64,000 bases of DNA, from the NCBI GenBank assembly GCA_007376185.1, contig VMFS01000004.1:165-64164 (forward strand), written 5' to 3'. Of the stretch, positions 24,411 to 33,445 are shown piece after piece. Below the pieces are notes generated by a model. It worked only from the letters and a program-made list of their open reading frames with translations. It was not told where the DNA came from and made no database searches. Numbering within the stretch: position 1 is the first letter of the stretch; each line of letters opens with the position of its first letter. This DNA is from Parcubacteria group bacterium Gr01-1014_30 (lineage in GTDB: Bacteria; Patescibacteriota; Minisyncoccia; Minisyncoccales; 2-12-FULL-40-12). A program made the position numbers and the translations under genes.

Positions 24411-25832
24411 ATGAAAATCAATCCTTACATATTTCGAGGTTACGACGTTCGGGGACTTGTCGACAAGGACCTAAACCCTGAAATTTCAGAGCACTTAGGC
24501 AAAGCTTACGGCACCTTTTTAAGAAAGAGAAAAATTAAAAAGGTCGTGGTTGGCCACGACTGCCGCTTGAGTAGTCCTTCTTATAGCGAAGCAATAATTA
24601 GAGGGGTGCTTTCCACTGGCCTTGACGTCATTGACATAGGGTTGGCTTTGGCCGGCAACGTTTATTGGGCGCAGCATTATTTTAGAGCTTTAGGCTGCAT
24701 TTCAGTCTCTGGCTCTCACAACCCGGCCATTTATAACGGCTTTAAGTTTGGCACAGGGTTATCTTCTACTATGGTCGGCCAAGAGGTTCAAGAATTGCGT
24801 CAAATTGCTGAGAAGGGCAAGTTTTATGAAGGAAATGGGAAATTGGAAAGTGCAGATATCAAAGATGAGTATTTCAATGATTTAATCAATAGGTTCCCTT
24901 CTTTTTCAAAATTTAAGGTAGTTGTTGAGCCGAGTCATTCCACAGCCGGTGTTTTTGTGCCAGAGCTTTTGAAAAAAATCGGCTGCGAAGTTATTTGTAT
25001 GCATTGCGATATAGATGGTTCTTTTCCTCTCGGTACCCCAGACCCCACCGAAAAAAAAGTTGCAGAAAGAGTTTCAAAGAAGATATTAGAAACTGGCGCC
25101 GACATAGGTTTTACTTACGATTCAGACGCCGACCGTTTAGGAGTGGTTGATGAAAAAGGAAGCATAATGTGGAACGACATTCTGGTGGCTGTCTTTGCGG
25201 CTGACGCTCTGGAGAGAAACCCGGGCTCCAAAATTGTTTTTAACGCTCTTTGCTCAAATGCGGTTCAAGATGTTGTTTTGGAAAATGGCGGCAGGCCAGT
25301 GATTTGGCGTACTGGTCATTCTTTCATCAAAGCCAAAGCTAAAGCGGAAAAAGCGGTTTTTGCCGGCGAGCTGTCGGGCCACTTTTACTTTTTGGATAAC
25401 TTTTACCCGCACGATGATGGGTGTTATTCAACCTTGGCTCTTTTGAATTACCTGTCGCGCGTCAAGAAGCCTTTATCTGAAGTTGTGGAGGCTTTGCCAA
25501 AATACATTTCCAGCCCCGAGATTAAACTCTTTTGCCCAGACGACAAAAAAGTAGCCTTGATATCAAAACTGGCGCCAGTACTAAAAAAAGACTTTCCTGA
25601 CGCTCAAATTATTGACGACGAGCGGGTTGGCGATGGCGTTCGCTTGGAGTTGCCAGACGCCATGTTTATTATTCGCTACTCGCAGAACGGTCCCTATTTG
25701 ACGGTTAAGTTTGAGGCAAAGACGAAAGAAAGATACGACTACTTGAAAAATTACATAAAAAAACTTCTTCGAGGTTACGAAGAAATTGACTGGAAGTCAG
25801 ACATTAATGTCAACGTTGAAGCGCTCGATTAG
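24411..25832 (+). CDS. Phosphomannomutase/phosphoglucomutase family protein
   Basis: Active-site loop SVSGSHNPAIYNGFK, metal-binding FTYDSDADR and sugar-binding GELSGH. The ATG at 24411 (MKINPYIFRGYDVRG) is preferred over the start at 24393. Confidence 0.85.
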   Translation: MKINPYIFRGYDVRGLVDKDLNPEISEHLGKAYGTFLRKRKIKKVVVGHDCRLSSPSYSEAIIRGVLSTGLDVIDIGLALAGNVYWAQHYFRALGCISVSGSHNPAIYNGFKFGTGLSSTMVGQEVQELRQIAEKGKFYEGNGKLESADIKDEYFNDLINRFPSFSKFKVVVEPSHSTAGVFVPELLKKIGCEVICMHCDIDGSFPLGTPDPTEKKVAERVSKKILETGADIGFTYDSDADRLGVVDEKGSIMWNDILVAVFAADALERNPGSKIVFNALCSNAVQDVVLENGGRPVIWRTGHSFIKAKAKAEKAVFAGELSGHFYFLDNFYPHDDGCYSTLALLNYLSRVKKPLSEVVEALPKYISSPEIKLFCPDDKKVALISKLAPVLKKDFPDAQIIDDERVGDGVRLELPDAMFIIRYSQNGPYLTVKFEAKTKERYDYLKNYIKKLLRGYEEIDWKSDINVNVEALD

Positions 25833-25844
25833 GATTCTATTCTC

Positions 25845-26816
25845 TCAAGCCAGGCCCATTTTTTGGCGGACTTCGGCCATGGTGGAGGCGGCAATGACTT
25901 TTGCTCTTTTGGCGCCTTGTCGCAGCACTTCTCTCACGTAGACCTCGCGCGTCAAGAGTTCTTTCTTTTTTCGACGAAACGGCTCCAAGGAAACAATCAG
26001 CTGTTCTGCCAGCGATTTTTTAAAACTTGAATAATTTGAGTTCTTGAACTTTTTTTCCAGCTCTTTGATGGGTTTTCCGGAAAACAAAGAGTAAATCGTC
26101 AGAAGGTTTGATATACCGGGTTTTTTTTCTAAGTCGTATTTGACCTTTTTGCCGGAGTCGGTGACCGAAGCCATTACTTTCTTTTTGATGGCTTCGGGTT
26201 CTTCAAACAAGTAAAGACATCCCGACGGAGCGGTCTTTGACATTTTCTTTTTCGGGTTGTTCAAAGCCATAATTTTGTCGCCAGATTCTCTCAAGATGAC
26301 TCTAGGGACGGGAAAGGTTTCTCCAAACCGGCTGTTAAACGCCTTGGCGACTGTTCTTGTCAGTTCCAGGTGTTGTTTTTGGTCTTGGCCTACAGGCACC
26401 GCTTCAGCTTTATATAACAAAATGTCTGAGGCCATTAAAATGGGGTAGTTCAAAAGCCCCGCCTTCGCATCTCTTAATTGTTTTGACTTTTCTTTGTACT
26501 GAGTCATTCTTAGAAGGTCGCCCGTGGGCGTAACAGTTGACAGAAGCCAAGCAAGCTCCGTGTGTTCTTTAATCCAGGACTGTACAAACAAAATTGATTT
26601 TTCAGGGTCAATTCCAGAAGCCAGGTAGCAGACAGCTGCGTCAAATATGTTTTTTGACAGTTCTTGGGGGTTGTAGGGGACTGTTATAGCGTGTAGGTCA
26701 ACAATGGAAAAAATACACTCCGCTTTTTCTTGCAGTTGGACAAATTGCGAAATGGCCCCCAAATAGTTCCCTATGTGAATTTGGCCTGTGGGTTGAATGC
26801 CCGAGAATATCCGCAT
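25845..26816 (-). CDS. trpS: Tryptophan--tRNA ligase
   Basis: 323 aa. Class I HIGH region (GQIHIGNYLG), a KMSKT variant of KMSKS, and TrpRS-type sequence throughout. Confidence 0.9.
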   Translation of the reverse strand: MRIFSGIQPTGQIHIGNYLGAISQFVQLQEKAECIFSIVDLHAITVPYNPQELSKNIFDAAVCYLASGIDPEKSILFVQSWIKEHTELAWLLSTVTPTGDLLRMTQYKEKSKQLRDAKAGLLNYPILMASDILLYKAEAVPVGQDQKQHLELTRTVAKAFNSRFGETFPVPRVILRESGDKIMALNNPKKKMSKTAPSGCLYLFEEPEAIKKKVMASVTDSGKKVKYDLEKKPGISNLLTIYSLFSGKPIKELEKKFKNSNYSSFKKSLAEQLIVSLEPFRRKKKELLTREVYVREVLRQGAKRAKVIAASTMAEVRQKMGLA

Positions 26817-26832
26817 ATATTTGTCGGTAAAG

Positions 26833-26936
26833 AGTTTAGCGTTTAGAGTTTGGCGATGCCCGTATCGTTTAGTGTTTAACGTTTAGCGGCCGCTAACCGA
26901 CTGACGATTGACGAAACGGGACGCGCTAAACGATAA
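26833..26936. repeat. About 105-nt palindromic GTTTAGCG/GCGGCCGC element (copy 2)
   Basis: Reverse-complement homologue of 13856-13962. The core is GGTTAGCGGCCGCTAA. Confidence 0.75.
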
Positions 26937-26945
26937 ACTATTGAC

Positions 26946-28631
26946 CTAAACTTCAATAACTACCGGCAAAATCATTGGCCTTCTCTGCGTTTTGGCATAA
27001 AAGAAGGCGCCGATTTTGTTCCGTATTTCGTCTTTAATGTAGCTCCAGTTCACAGCTCCTCCTGAGCCCGCGGCCCTGTCGACTATTTCAATCACTTTTT
27101 TTCTGGTTTGGTGCAGCAGGTCTTTTGATTCCCTAAGGTAAATGAACCCTCTGGAGATTATGTCGGGAGAACCCTTAACTTTACCTGTCTGTCTGTCAAC
27201 CACCGCCACAATCACGAACATTCCGTCTTTTGCTAGAACCTGCCGGTCTCTTAAGACCACGTTGCCGATGTCCCCGACCCCCAAACCATCAACAAAAACG
27301 TACTGAACCGGCACTTTTTTATTTTCTACCCTGAACCCTTTTTTGTCCAGCAAGCCCAAGGACCCGTTGTCAAGAATAAAAATGTTTTCTTTTGGGAAAC
27401 CAATGCTCTCAGCCACCTTGCCGGCTTCTCGCAGAAGGTAGTGGTTGGCGTAAACAGGCAGAAGGTATTTGGGTTTGACCTGTCTTATTAAAAGCTTGAT
27501 GTCTTCAATCAAGGCGTGCCCGCCGCCATGAACATCCATTATTTCTTTGTGGAAGACGTTCGCGCCCTGCCGGTAAAGAGTGTCCTTTAAGCGCTGGACG
27601 GTTCTTTCGTTGCCGGGAATCACCGAGGAAGAAAAAATGACCGTGTCTGATTTCTCAATTTTTATTTGTCGGTGCTCTCCCGAAGCTATTCGCATTAGAG
27701 CGGCTCTGTCCTCTCCTTGGGCTCCGGTAGCAACTACAATAACTTTATTGGAAGGGTAATTCTGAATGTTTTTGATATCAATCAAGACGTCTTGTCTGAA
27801 TTTCAAGTATCCGACTTTTTTTGCGATTTCAATGTTAAGCTTCATTGAGTAGCCGTCAAGCGCCACTTTTTTCCCGAACTCCTCGGCTATGAAAACAATC
27901 TGGCCTACCCTTTCAACCATGGAAGCGAAAGTGGCCACGATAATGCGCCCCGGCGCCTCCCTGATGATGTTTTTGATGTTCATCAAAACTTCGGATTCAG
28001 ACAACTGGTGGCCTTCTTTGGTTGAACCTAAGGATTCCATCATCAGCAAAGACGGCTTTTTGTTGGTGTTGAGACCCGCCAAGTGTTTGAAATCCGTTGG
28101 CTTTCCTTTAACCGGGTCCAAGTCGTACCTCCAGTCGCCAAGGTGTATAACGTTGCCAAAAGGCGTTTGCAGCACCACTCCGAGAGCGTCCATAATGCTG
28201 TGAGCCACTTTGAAGAACTTAATGTTAAAGGAGCCGAGTTTCAGTTCTTCGTCCAGGGACTTGATTTCGTGCGCTTTCAAGTATTTTCCTAGGTTCACTT
28301 CTTCAAGCCGCCTCTTTAGCAAAAACAAAGTCAGCTTACTAGCAAAAACGTGAGGCCAGCCCAAGCGCGGCAAGAGATGGGGAACGGCTCCAATGTGGTC
28401 AAGGTGTCCGTGGGACAAGATTACTCCACGGATGTTTCTCTTTTTGTCATCAAGATAGCGGATGTCTGGAATTATGTAGTCAATTCCCGGCATGTCTTCT
28501 TCGGGAAACTGGAGCCCCATATCCAAGATAACTATGTCTTGCCCAAGCTCAAAAACCGTGAGGTTGCGGCCAACCTCCTCCTGGCCCCCGAGGGGGATAA
28601 TTTTTAATACTTGTTTTGTTTGCTTAACCAT
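26946..28631 (-). CDS. rnj: Ribonuclease J
   Basis: LKIIPLGGQEEVGRN, HGHLDHIG, the beta-CASP region and a C-terminal domain. The start is placed at ATG 28631, because the ORF-track start at 28661 overlaps tRNA-Leu. Confidence 0.9.
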   Translation of the reverse strand: MVKQTKQVLKIIPLGGQEEVGRNLTVFELGQDIVILDMGLQFPEEDMPGIDYIIPDIRYLDDKKRNIRGVILSHGHLDHIGAVPHLLPRLGWPHVFASKLTLFLLKRRLEEVNLGKYLKAHEIKSLDEELKLGSFNIKFFKVAHSIMDALGVVLQTPFGNVIHLGDWRYDLDPVKGKPTDFKHLAGLNTNKKPSLLMMESLGSTKEGHQLSESEVLMNIKNIIREAPGRIIVATFASMVERVGQIVFIAEEFGKKVALDGYSMKLNIEIAKKVGYLKFRQDVLIDIKNIQNYPSNKVIVVATGAQGEDRAALMRIASGEHRQIKIEKSDTVIFSSSVIPGNERTVQRLKDTLYRQGANVFHKEIMDVHGGGHALIEDIKLLIRQVKPKYLLPVYANHYLLREAGKVAESIGFPKENIFILDNGSLGLLDKKGFRVENKKVPVQYVFVDGLGVGDIGNVVLRDRQVLAKDGMFVIVAVVDRQTGKVKGSPDIISRGFIYLRESKDLLHQTRKKVIEIVDRAAGSGGAVNWSYIKDEIRNKIGAFFYAKTQRRPMILPVVIEV

Positions 28632-28636
28632 ATAGG

Positions 28637-28722
28637 TGCCGAGGGTGGGATTTGAACCCACATGGAGTTTCCTCCACTACGCCCTGAACGTAGCGTGTCT
28701 AGCCAAATTTCACCACCTCGGC
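28637..28722 (-). tRNA. tRNA-Leu(CAG)
   Basis: GCCGAGG...CTACG TTCAGGG CGTAG, long variable arm TGGAGGAAACTCCAT, and T-arm GTGGG TTCAAAT CCCAC. Confidence 0.88.
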
Positions 28723-28734
28723 GCAGGGGCACAT

Positions 28735-29610
28735 TTATAACTTCAAGTTTCGCAGATACTCTTTAAATTCTTTACCTACTTTTTGGTGCCTCAAGCCAAA
28801 CTCAACAACTGTTTTTAGGTATTCCAATTTATTCCCGGTGTCGTAATAATTGCCGTTTTTTATTTCGCAAGCGTAAACCGGAAAATTTTTTTCAATGAGT
28901 TTGTTGATGGCGTCCACCAGCCAGATTTCTCCGTTTTTGCCGGGTTTAAGTTTTTCAATTATGCCAAAGATATCTGGCGGCAGAATGTAAGCTCCATGAG
29001 TGGCCAGGTTTGAAGGAGCTTCAGAGGGCAGAGGTTTCTCAACGATTCTTTTGATTCTGGAGACGTTCTTGTCAACCTTTTTTATTTCGGCTATGCCGTA
29101 CCTGGAAAGATTGTCTTTCGTTTCAATGCGGACGGCCGATATCACGGCCCCTTTATGTTTCATATAAACCTTAATCATCTGAGCCAATCTTGGAGGGTTA
29201 GCCGTGATAAACTCGTCGCCCCACAAAACGGCAAAGGGTTCTTTGGCCACAACCGATTTGGCAGTTAAAATCGGCATTGCGTTTCCGTAGTATTCTCCAT
29301 TTTGCCTGATATAAATAAAATTTGCCAGCTTGGTTATTTTTTTGATTTCGTGCAGTTCTTTGATTTTGCCGTTTTCTTCCAAAAACCTTTCCAGTTCCTG
29401 GGAACGGTCAAAGTGGTCTTCAATGGCGCGCTTTTGCTTGCCGGTTATGATAATGACGTCTTTGATGCCAGAGGATGCGGCTTCCTCCACCACGTATTGT
29501 ATGACGGGTTTGTCCACAATGGGCAGCATTTCTTTGGGTATGGCTTTTGTTTGAGGCAAGAATCTTGTTCCCCAACCTGCCGCCGGAATGATTACTTTGC
29601 GAATTTCCAT
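28735..29610 (-). CDS. galU: UTP--glucose-1-phosphate uridylyltransferase
   Basis: KVIIPAAGWGTRFLPQTKAIPKEMLPIVDKPVIQYVVEEA. Start taken as MEIRK at 29610; the alternative is 29634. Confidence 0.88.
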   Translation of the reverse strand: MEIRKVIIPAAGWGTRFLPQTKAIPKEMLPIVDKPVIQYVVEEAASSGIKDVIIITGKQKRAIEDHFDRSQELERFLEENGKIKELHEIKKITKLANFIYIRQNGEYYGNAMPILTAKSVVAKEPFAVLWGDEFITANPPRLAQMIKVYMKHKGAVISAVRIETKDNLSRYGIAEIKKVDKNVSRIKRIVEKPLPSEAPSNLATHGAYILPPDIFGIIEKLKPGKNGEIWLVDAINKLIEKNFPVYACEIKNGNYYDTGNKLEYLKTVVEFGLRHQKVGKEFKEYLRNLKL

Positions 29611-31592
29611 AATCTTTTTGTTTTGACGTGCCAACTTTCAAGACCTGAGAACCTTTTTGATGGGTCAGGTATCAGTTTTGTATGAATTCCTTTGACCTCT
29701 TTCGACACAAAGTACAAATAGTCCGGGCTGTACAAAAACACGGCGGGGGCGGCTTCAAGCACAATATCCTGCAACTTTTCCAGCTTTTCTTTTCTGGCTT
29801 CAAGGTCTTCCGACTGGCGGTTTTCTTCCAGCAGTTTGTCAGCTTCTTTGCTTTTGAAAGTCGTCAAGTTCAAACCAGGGTCTTTTGTCTGACTTGAGTG
29901 CCAGAAAGCAAAAGGGTCGGGCGTATTTCCTAGAGCTTGCCCGAACAATAAAGCTTCGTAATTTCTCGGCTTGATTACTTCTTTTTCAAGATGAACTAAG
30001 TCAAAAGCCAGAATTTCAACCTGGATGCCGAGCTCGGCCCACTGCTCTTTCAGAACTTTTGCGGCTTCAAGGAGATCTGGTTGATTTAGGGTGGTCAAAG
30101 AAAAGCTCAGTGTTTGAGTTTCCGCAGATTGCGGAAAACAGAGCTGGTTCAGTTTGTCTCTCGTGGTCTTGGCGACCAAGCCGGTGCCGCTTTCAAACCC
30201 CCACGGTTCCAAAATCTCCTCGGCGTATTTTTCCTGAAATTTGATAACCGCCTGCTTTGTTTTTTCCCCGAAATAACCGGTTACTTCTCCTTCGGGGTAA
30301 ACCTCTTCGTTTTTTGCCAAACATTTTTGCATTTCTTCAACTTGACTGCCTTGGCTTCCTGTTTGCAAGTCGCTCGTGAACTGGAAAGAAGAATTTTTCG
30401 TGATTGTTTTGGCCAAAACGCCTCCTTCTTGTTCAACAAAGCCCGCTTCTTTCAAAAGGTCTTTTGCAGCTTCAAGGTTGAATTCATACGTTACTGATGG
30501 TCTTTCCAAGTCATACACGCCTGGCATAACAGGAGAGTCCACTGTTTTCCCTTGATTTTGGAGGACTTTTGCTACGAGCTCGTCTTTGTCGGTGCCGTGA
30601 TTTAGAGCTTGTCTCACTTTCTGGTCTGCCAAAATTTTTGACTTCTCGGGGTTAAAGAACACGGCAAAATAGCGTGGCAGAGTTAAAGAGTACTTATTTA
30701 GGTCCTCTGGCTGGCCGTTGGTAAAGTTTGGCAGGTTGCCAAGAGCGAATCCGTCAATTTGGCCGTCTTTGTAGCCAAAAAGTAAATCCTCTTGGGTGAC
30801 ATAAAACCTGAAAGAAATTTGAGAGAGCAAAGGCGACTCTCCAAAGTAAAGCTCGTTTCTGGCGAGGGTTAAGCTTGTTATGCCTCCTTGTCTGTTTTGG
30901 TTAAGCCCCCGCAGTTTATAGGAGCCCGAGCCCACAGGATTCAGATTGTAGACCGTCAGGGGGAAGTTTTCAGGAGGAATGTTTTGCCAGACGTGCTTGG
31001 GAATTATTTTTTGGGTCAAGTTTTCCAAAAAGGGGCCGTAAGGGCTTCTCAAAAGGAATAAGATCTCTAACTCTGAAACCTTTTCCACGTCAACCCCCAG
31101 CCACAGAACCTGCAAAGGGCTTTTGTATGACGAGTTTTGTATTGTTTCAATCGTGAAAATGACATCGTCGGCAGTGAGTGGTTCTCCGTCAGACCAAAAA
31201 ACATCTTTTTTTAAGCGCACTCTGTAGGCCTTTCCGTCTTGTTCAATTTCGTAACTCTCGGTCAAATCCGTCACTAACTCACCTTGAGCTGAGTACTTTA
31301 GCAAGCCTGAAAAGACAAGCTCGGTTATGTCGCGGTCAACGTCGGAAGCGGCCGCGTAAACAGGATTTATGAATCTTGGCTGACCTACGACTCCTTCCCT
31401 AAAAGTTCCGCCTTGAGCTGGCAAAACCTCGGTGTTTTTGAAGTAAAAGTTAACGGCCAGGAAAATTAAACTGCTAGAGAACAGAGACGTGAAAACAACG
31501 AACAAAACCTTTTCTAGCCGCGACAGGATTTTAAAAAATTGCCTCCACCCCGCAAGACGCGTAAGTTGTTTTAGTCCTTTACTATAATCCAT
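29592..31592 (-). CDS. Extracellular solute-binding protein (family 5, peptide/nickel type) with an inserted peptidoglycan-binding-like segment
   Basis: 666 aa. N-terminal TM anchor and SBP_bac_5-like sequence. The internal segment VEEMQKCLAKN...VTGYFGEKTKQAVIKFQEKY resembles PG_binding_1. Confidence 0.7.
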   Translation of the reverse strand: MDYSKGLKQLTRLAGWRQFFKILSRLEKVLFVVFTSLFSSSLIFLAVNFYFKNTEVLPAQGGTFREGVVGQPRFINPVYAAASDVDRDITELVFSGLLKYSAQGELVTDLTESYEIEQDGKAYRVRLKKDVFWSDGEPLTADDVIFTIETIQNSSYKSPLQVLWLGVDVEKVSELEILFLLRSPYGPFLENLTQKIIPKHVWQNIPPENFPLTVYNLNPVGSGSYKLRGLNQNRQGGITSLTLARNELYFGESPLLSQISFRFYVTQEDLLFGYKDGQIDGFALGNLPNFTNGQPEDLNKYSLTLPRYFAVFFNPEKSKILADQKVRQALNHGTDKDELVAKVLQNQGKTVDSPVMPGVYDLERPSVTYEFNLEAAKDLLKEAGFVEQEGGVLAKTITKNSSFQFTSDLQTGSQGSQVEEMQKCLAKNEEVYPEGEVTGYFGEKTKQAVIKFQEKYAEEILEPWGFESGTGLVAKTTRDKLNQLCFPQSAETQTLSFSLTTLNQPDLLEAAKVLKEQWAELGIQVEILAFDLVHLEKEVIKPRNYEALLFGQALGNTPDPFAFWHSSQTKDPGLNLTTFKSKEADKLLEENRQSEDLEARKEKLEKLQDIVLEAAPAVFLYSPDYLYFVSKEVKGIHTKLIPDPSKRFSGLESWHVKTKRLWKFAK

Positions 31593-31623
31593 AACTCATC
31601 GGTTTGGCTTTCTGCGCCTCCAA

Positions 31624-31839
31624 CTATATTACGAGATTCAACAAAGAGAGCAAGATGAACAGGGTTCCCAGAAAAACGGTTGCCCAAAAAAGCTTTTTCT
31701 CAAAGCCTCGTTTGGTGGCGTAAAATCCGCCGCCTTCTCCCCCTCCGCCAAAGGCAGAACCCAAGGCCTGACCTTTTTGCTGCAAAAGAATGGCGACAAT
31801 AAGCAAAACCGCAACAACAAGTTGAATATAGATTAACAT
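31624..31839 (-). CDS. secG: Preprotein translocase subunit SecG
   Basis: 71 aa, two TM helices, LLQQKGQALGSAFGGGG. Confidence 0.8.
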   Translation of the reverse strand: MLIYIQLVVAVLLIVAILLQQKGQALGSAFGGGGEGGGFYATKRGFEKKLFWATVFLGTLFILLSLLNLVI

Positions 31840-31846
31840 TTGAGGG

Positions 31847-32278
31847 TTAAAACTTGGATTTTTCTGGCAGCCACCTCGTCAGAATGAAGTTTATGCCCCA
31901 GACAATAAGGGCTGTGAGAAAAAGCGAGGAGAAGCCTTCAATTACGAGTTCTGGCGAGAAAACTTTTGTCAGCCACACCAAGAACATTAATATTACCAAG
32001 CTGAAAAGGTCAAGGGTGATAATGCGCAAAGGCAGGGTGATTTTTTTGAGCAGGGGTTTGACAAAATGGTTCAAGATACCCAACAAGGCGCCTACAAAGA
32101 CCAGAGATCTTAGAAATTCACTCAAGGTGGCGGCGTTTTTTGGGAGGATGAAAAATGGTCCTGTGAAATCAACTCCGGGAACGTATTTTTGCGCTAGAAA
32201 AAGACCCAGTACTCCAGAAACAATTTGCAAAAACAATCTCCACAACACTCTTTGATGATAGCATAGTTGTAAAGTCAA
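31847..32278 (-). CDS. Phage-holin-4_2/DUF360 family membrane protein
   Basis: 143 aa, 4 TM helices, ILNHFVKPLLKKITLPLRIITLDLFSLVI. The ORF-track start is TTG, so the true start is uncertain. Confidence 0.6.
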   Translation of the reverse strand: MTLQLCYHQRVLWRLFLQIVSGVLGLFLAQKYVPGVDFTGPFFILPKNAATLSEFLRSLVFVGALLGILNHFVKPLLKKITLPLRIITLDLFSLVILMFLVWLTKVFSPELVIEGFSSLFLTALIVWGINFILTRWLPEKSKF

Positions 32279-32290
32279 GTCAATAAGAGG

Positions 32291-32328
32291 AAAAGCCCGG
32301 TGAAGGATTGGACCTCTACCGGGCTTTT
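32291..32328 (-). terminator. Strong hairpin terminator at the left edge of the GC-rich island
   Basis: AAAAGCCCGGT-16 nt-ACCGGGCTTTT. Confidence 0.65.
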
Positions 32329-32395
32329 GTTGATAGGTGGGTAGCTTTTTGGCGGGGCAGGATGCCCCTCCAGGCGGGATTTCGGAGCGGCATGA

Positions 32396-33139
32396 CTACT
32401 CCTTCATGCGGGGACTGTTGATGCCGCCACCGCCGGTGGAGTAGATCGTGGTCTGTTCCTCGCGCCGCTCGCGGCGCGGGCTCCCGTTGCGGTAGTACCG
32501 CGACGAGAAGTTTTTTTCAACCAGAGCCCAGGTGCGCAGGAGTTTCTGCGCAGGGCCCTCGCCCTTTAGAGAGGCGTAAGAGAGAACTGTTTCTTCCCCT
32601 GGGACGTTCGCGAGCCGCTCGGGATTGTACACCTTTGCGACTCGGAATTTTTCAAGCCCCGTCTCCTCGAGAACGATCCCGAGGGGGACCTCGGGGTCCC
32701 CGCTCCGGTAACGGAACCGGAGCATCCCGAGCACGAGGACCCCTTTGATGCGGCCATAGTTTAAGGTCCATAGCGCGGCCTCGCGCTCCCAGGGCGTGGG
32801 GGAATATCCCAGCTCTTGGGCGAGGACTGTCCAGGCACTCATGGCCTGACGGACCCTTTCGTCAAGGTCCGTCACGCTTTTGGGCAGGTTGCCCAAGCCA
32901 CGGGCGAACTCTCCGGGTTCCGCGTCCACCACCTCACCGTTCACGGTGAGGAGTGCCGGCCCGGGGATGAACCCCAAGGGCCAGAACGTGGCTCTGCCGC
33001 CTGACTGGACCGCCGTCGCGTAGAGGCGGCAGAAGTCGTTCCAGTCGCGGGCGCCGGCTTTGGTGTCGCCGGCAGAGATGCGGGATTGGCTTCTGTCTGG
33101 CGCTGGCGGCGGGGGAAGACTGAATTTTTTGCTACCCAT
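32396..33139 (-). CDS. Hypothetical protein, GC-rich, with no motif I recognise
   Basis: 247 aa. Canonical SD (TAAGGAGGTATT-ATG). The long shadow ORFs in other frames are typical of high-GC coding DNA. Confidence 0.7.
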   Translation of the reverse strand: MGSKKFSLPPPPAPDRSQSRISAGDTKAGARDWNDFCRLYATAVQSGGRATFWPLGFIPGPALLTVNGEVVDAEPGEFARGLGNLPKSVTDLDERVRQAMSAWTVLAQELGYSPTPWEREAALWTLNYGRIKGVLVLGMLRFRYRSGDPEVPLGIVLEETGLEKFRVAKVYNPERLANVPGEETVLSYASLKGEGPAQKLLRTWALVEKNFSSRYYRNGSPRRERREEQTTIYSTGGGGINSPRMKE

Positions 33140-33345
33140 AATACCTCCTTATGAGTTTTATGCTGGCCTCTTTGGTTATCATAACCTCGGAGTTTAAGGG
33201 GGATCCTTACCTGCATAAATATGGGTTGAGCTAACTGGTAAACATAATGCGAATCTACGAATGCATGCGATATGTCAGCCAAGTAGCTCCACCCATCTAA
33301 GGAGGACTGAACTAACTTTCAAAGAGCAATATTGCATTATATCAC

Positions 33346-33374
33346 TTGACATTTAATTTGTCAAGTGTTAGACT
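33346..33374 (+). promoter_or_regulatory. Promoter with a palindromic -35 (possible operator)
   Basis: TTGACA, 17-nt spacer, TAGACT. The -35 is part of TTGACAtttaattTGTCAA, and a further TGTCAATTAAAT lies at 33391-33402. Confidence 0.5.
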
Positions 33375-33445
33375 ACCACATCACGCACATTGTCAATTAA
33401 ATTATACTGAATTACTGAATTTCAAGCGAAGAAAGGAGGAACTTA

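Noticed and set aside
32566-33282. ORFs 32941-33282, 32816-33004 and 32566-32757 overlapping the GC-rich gene
   Set aside because: High GC suppresses stop codons in all frames. Only the 32396-33139 frame has a canonical SD and ATG and a full-length frame.
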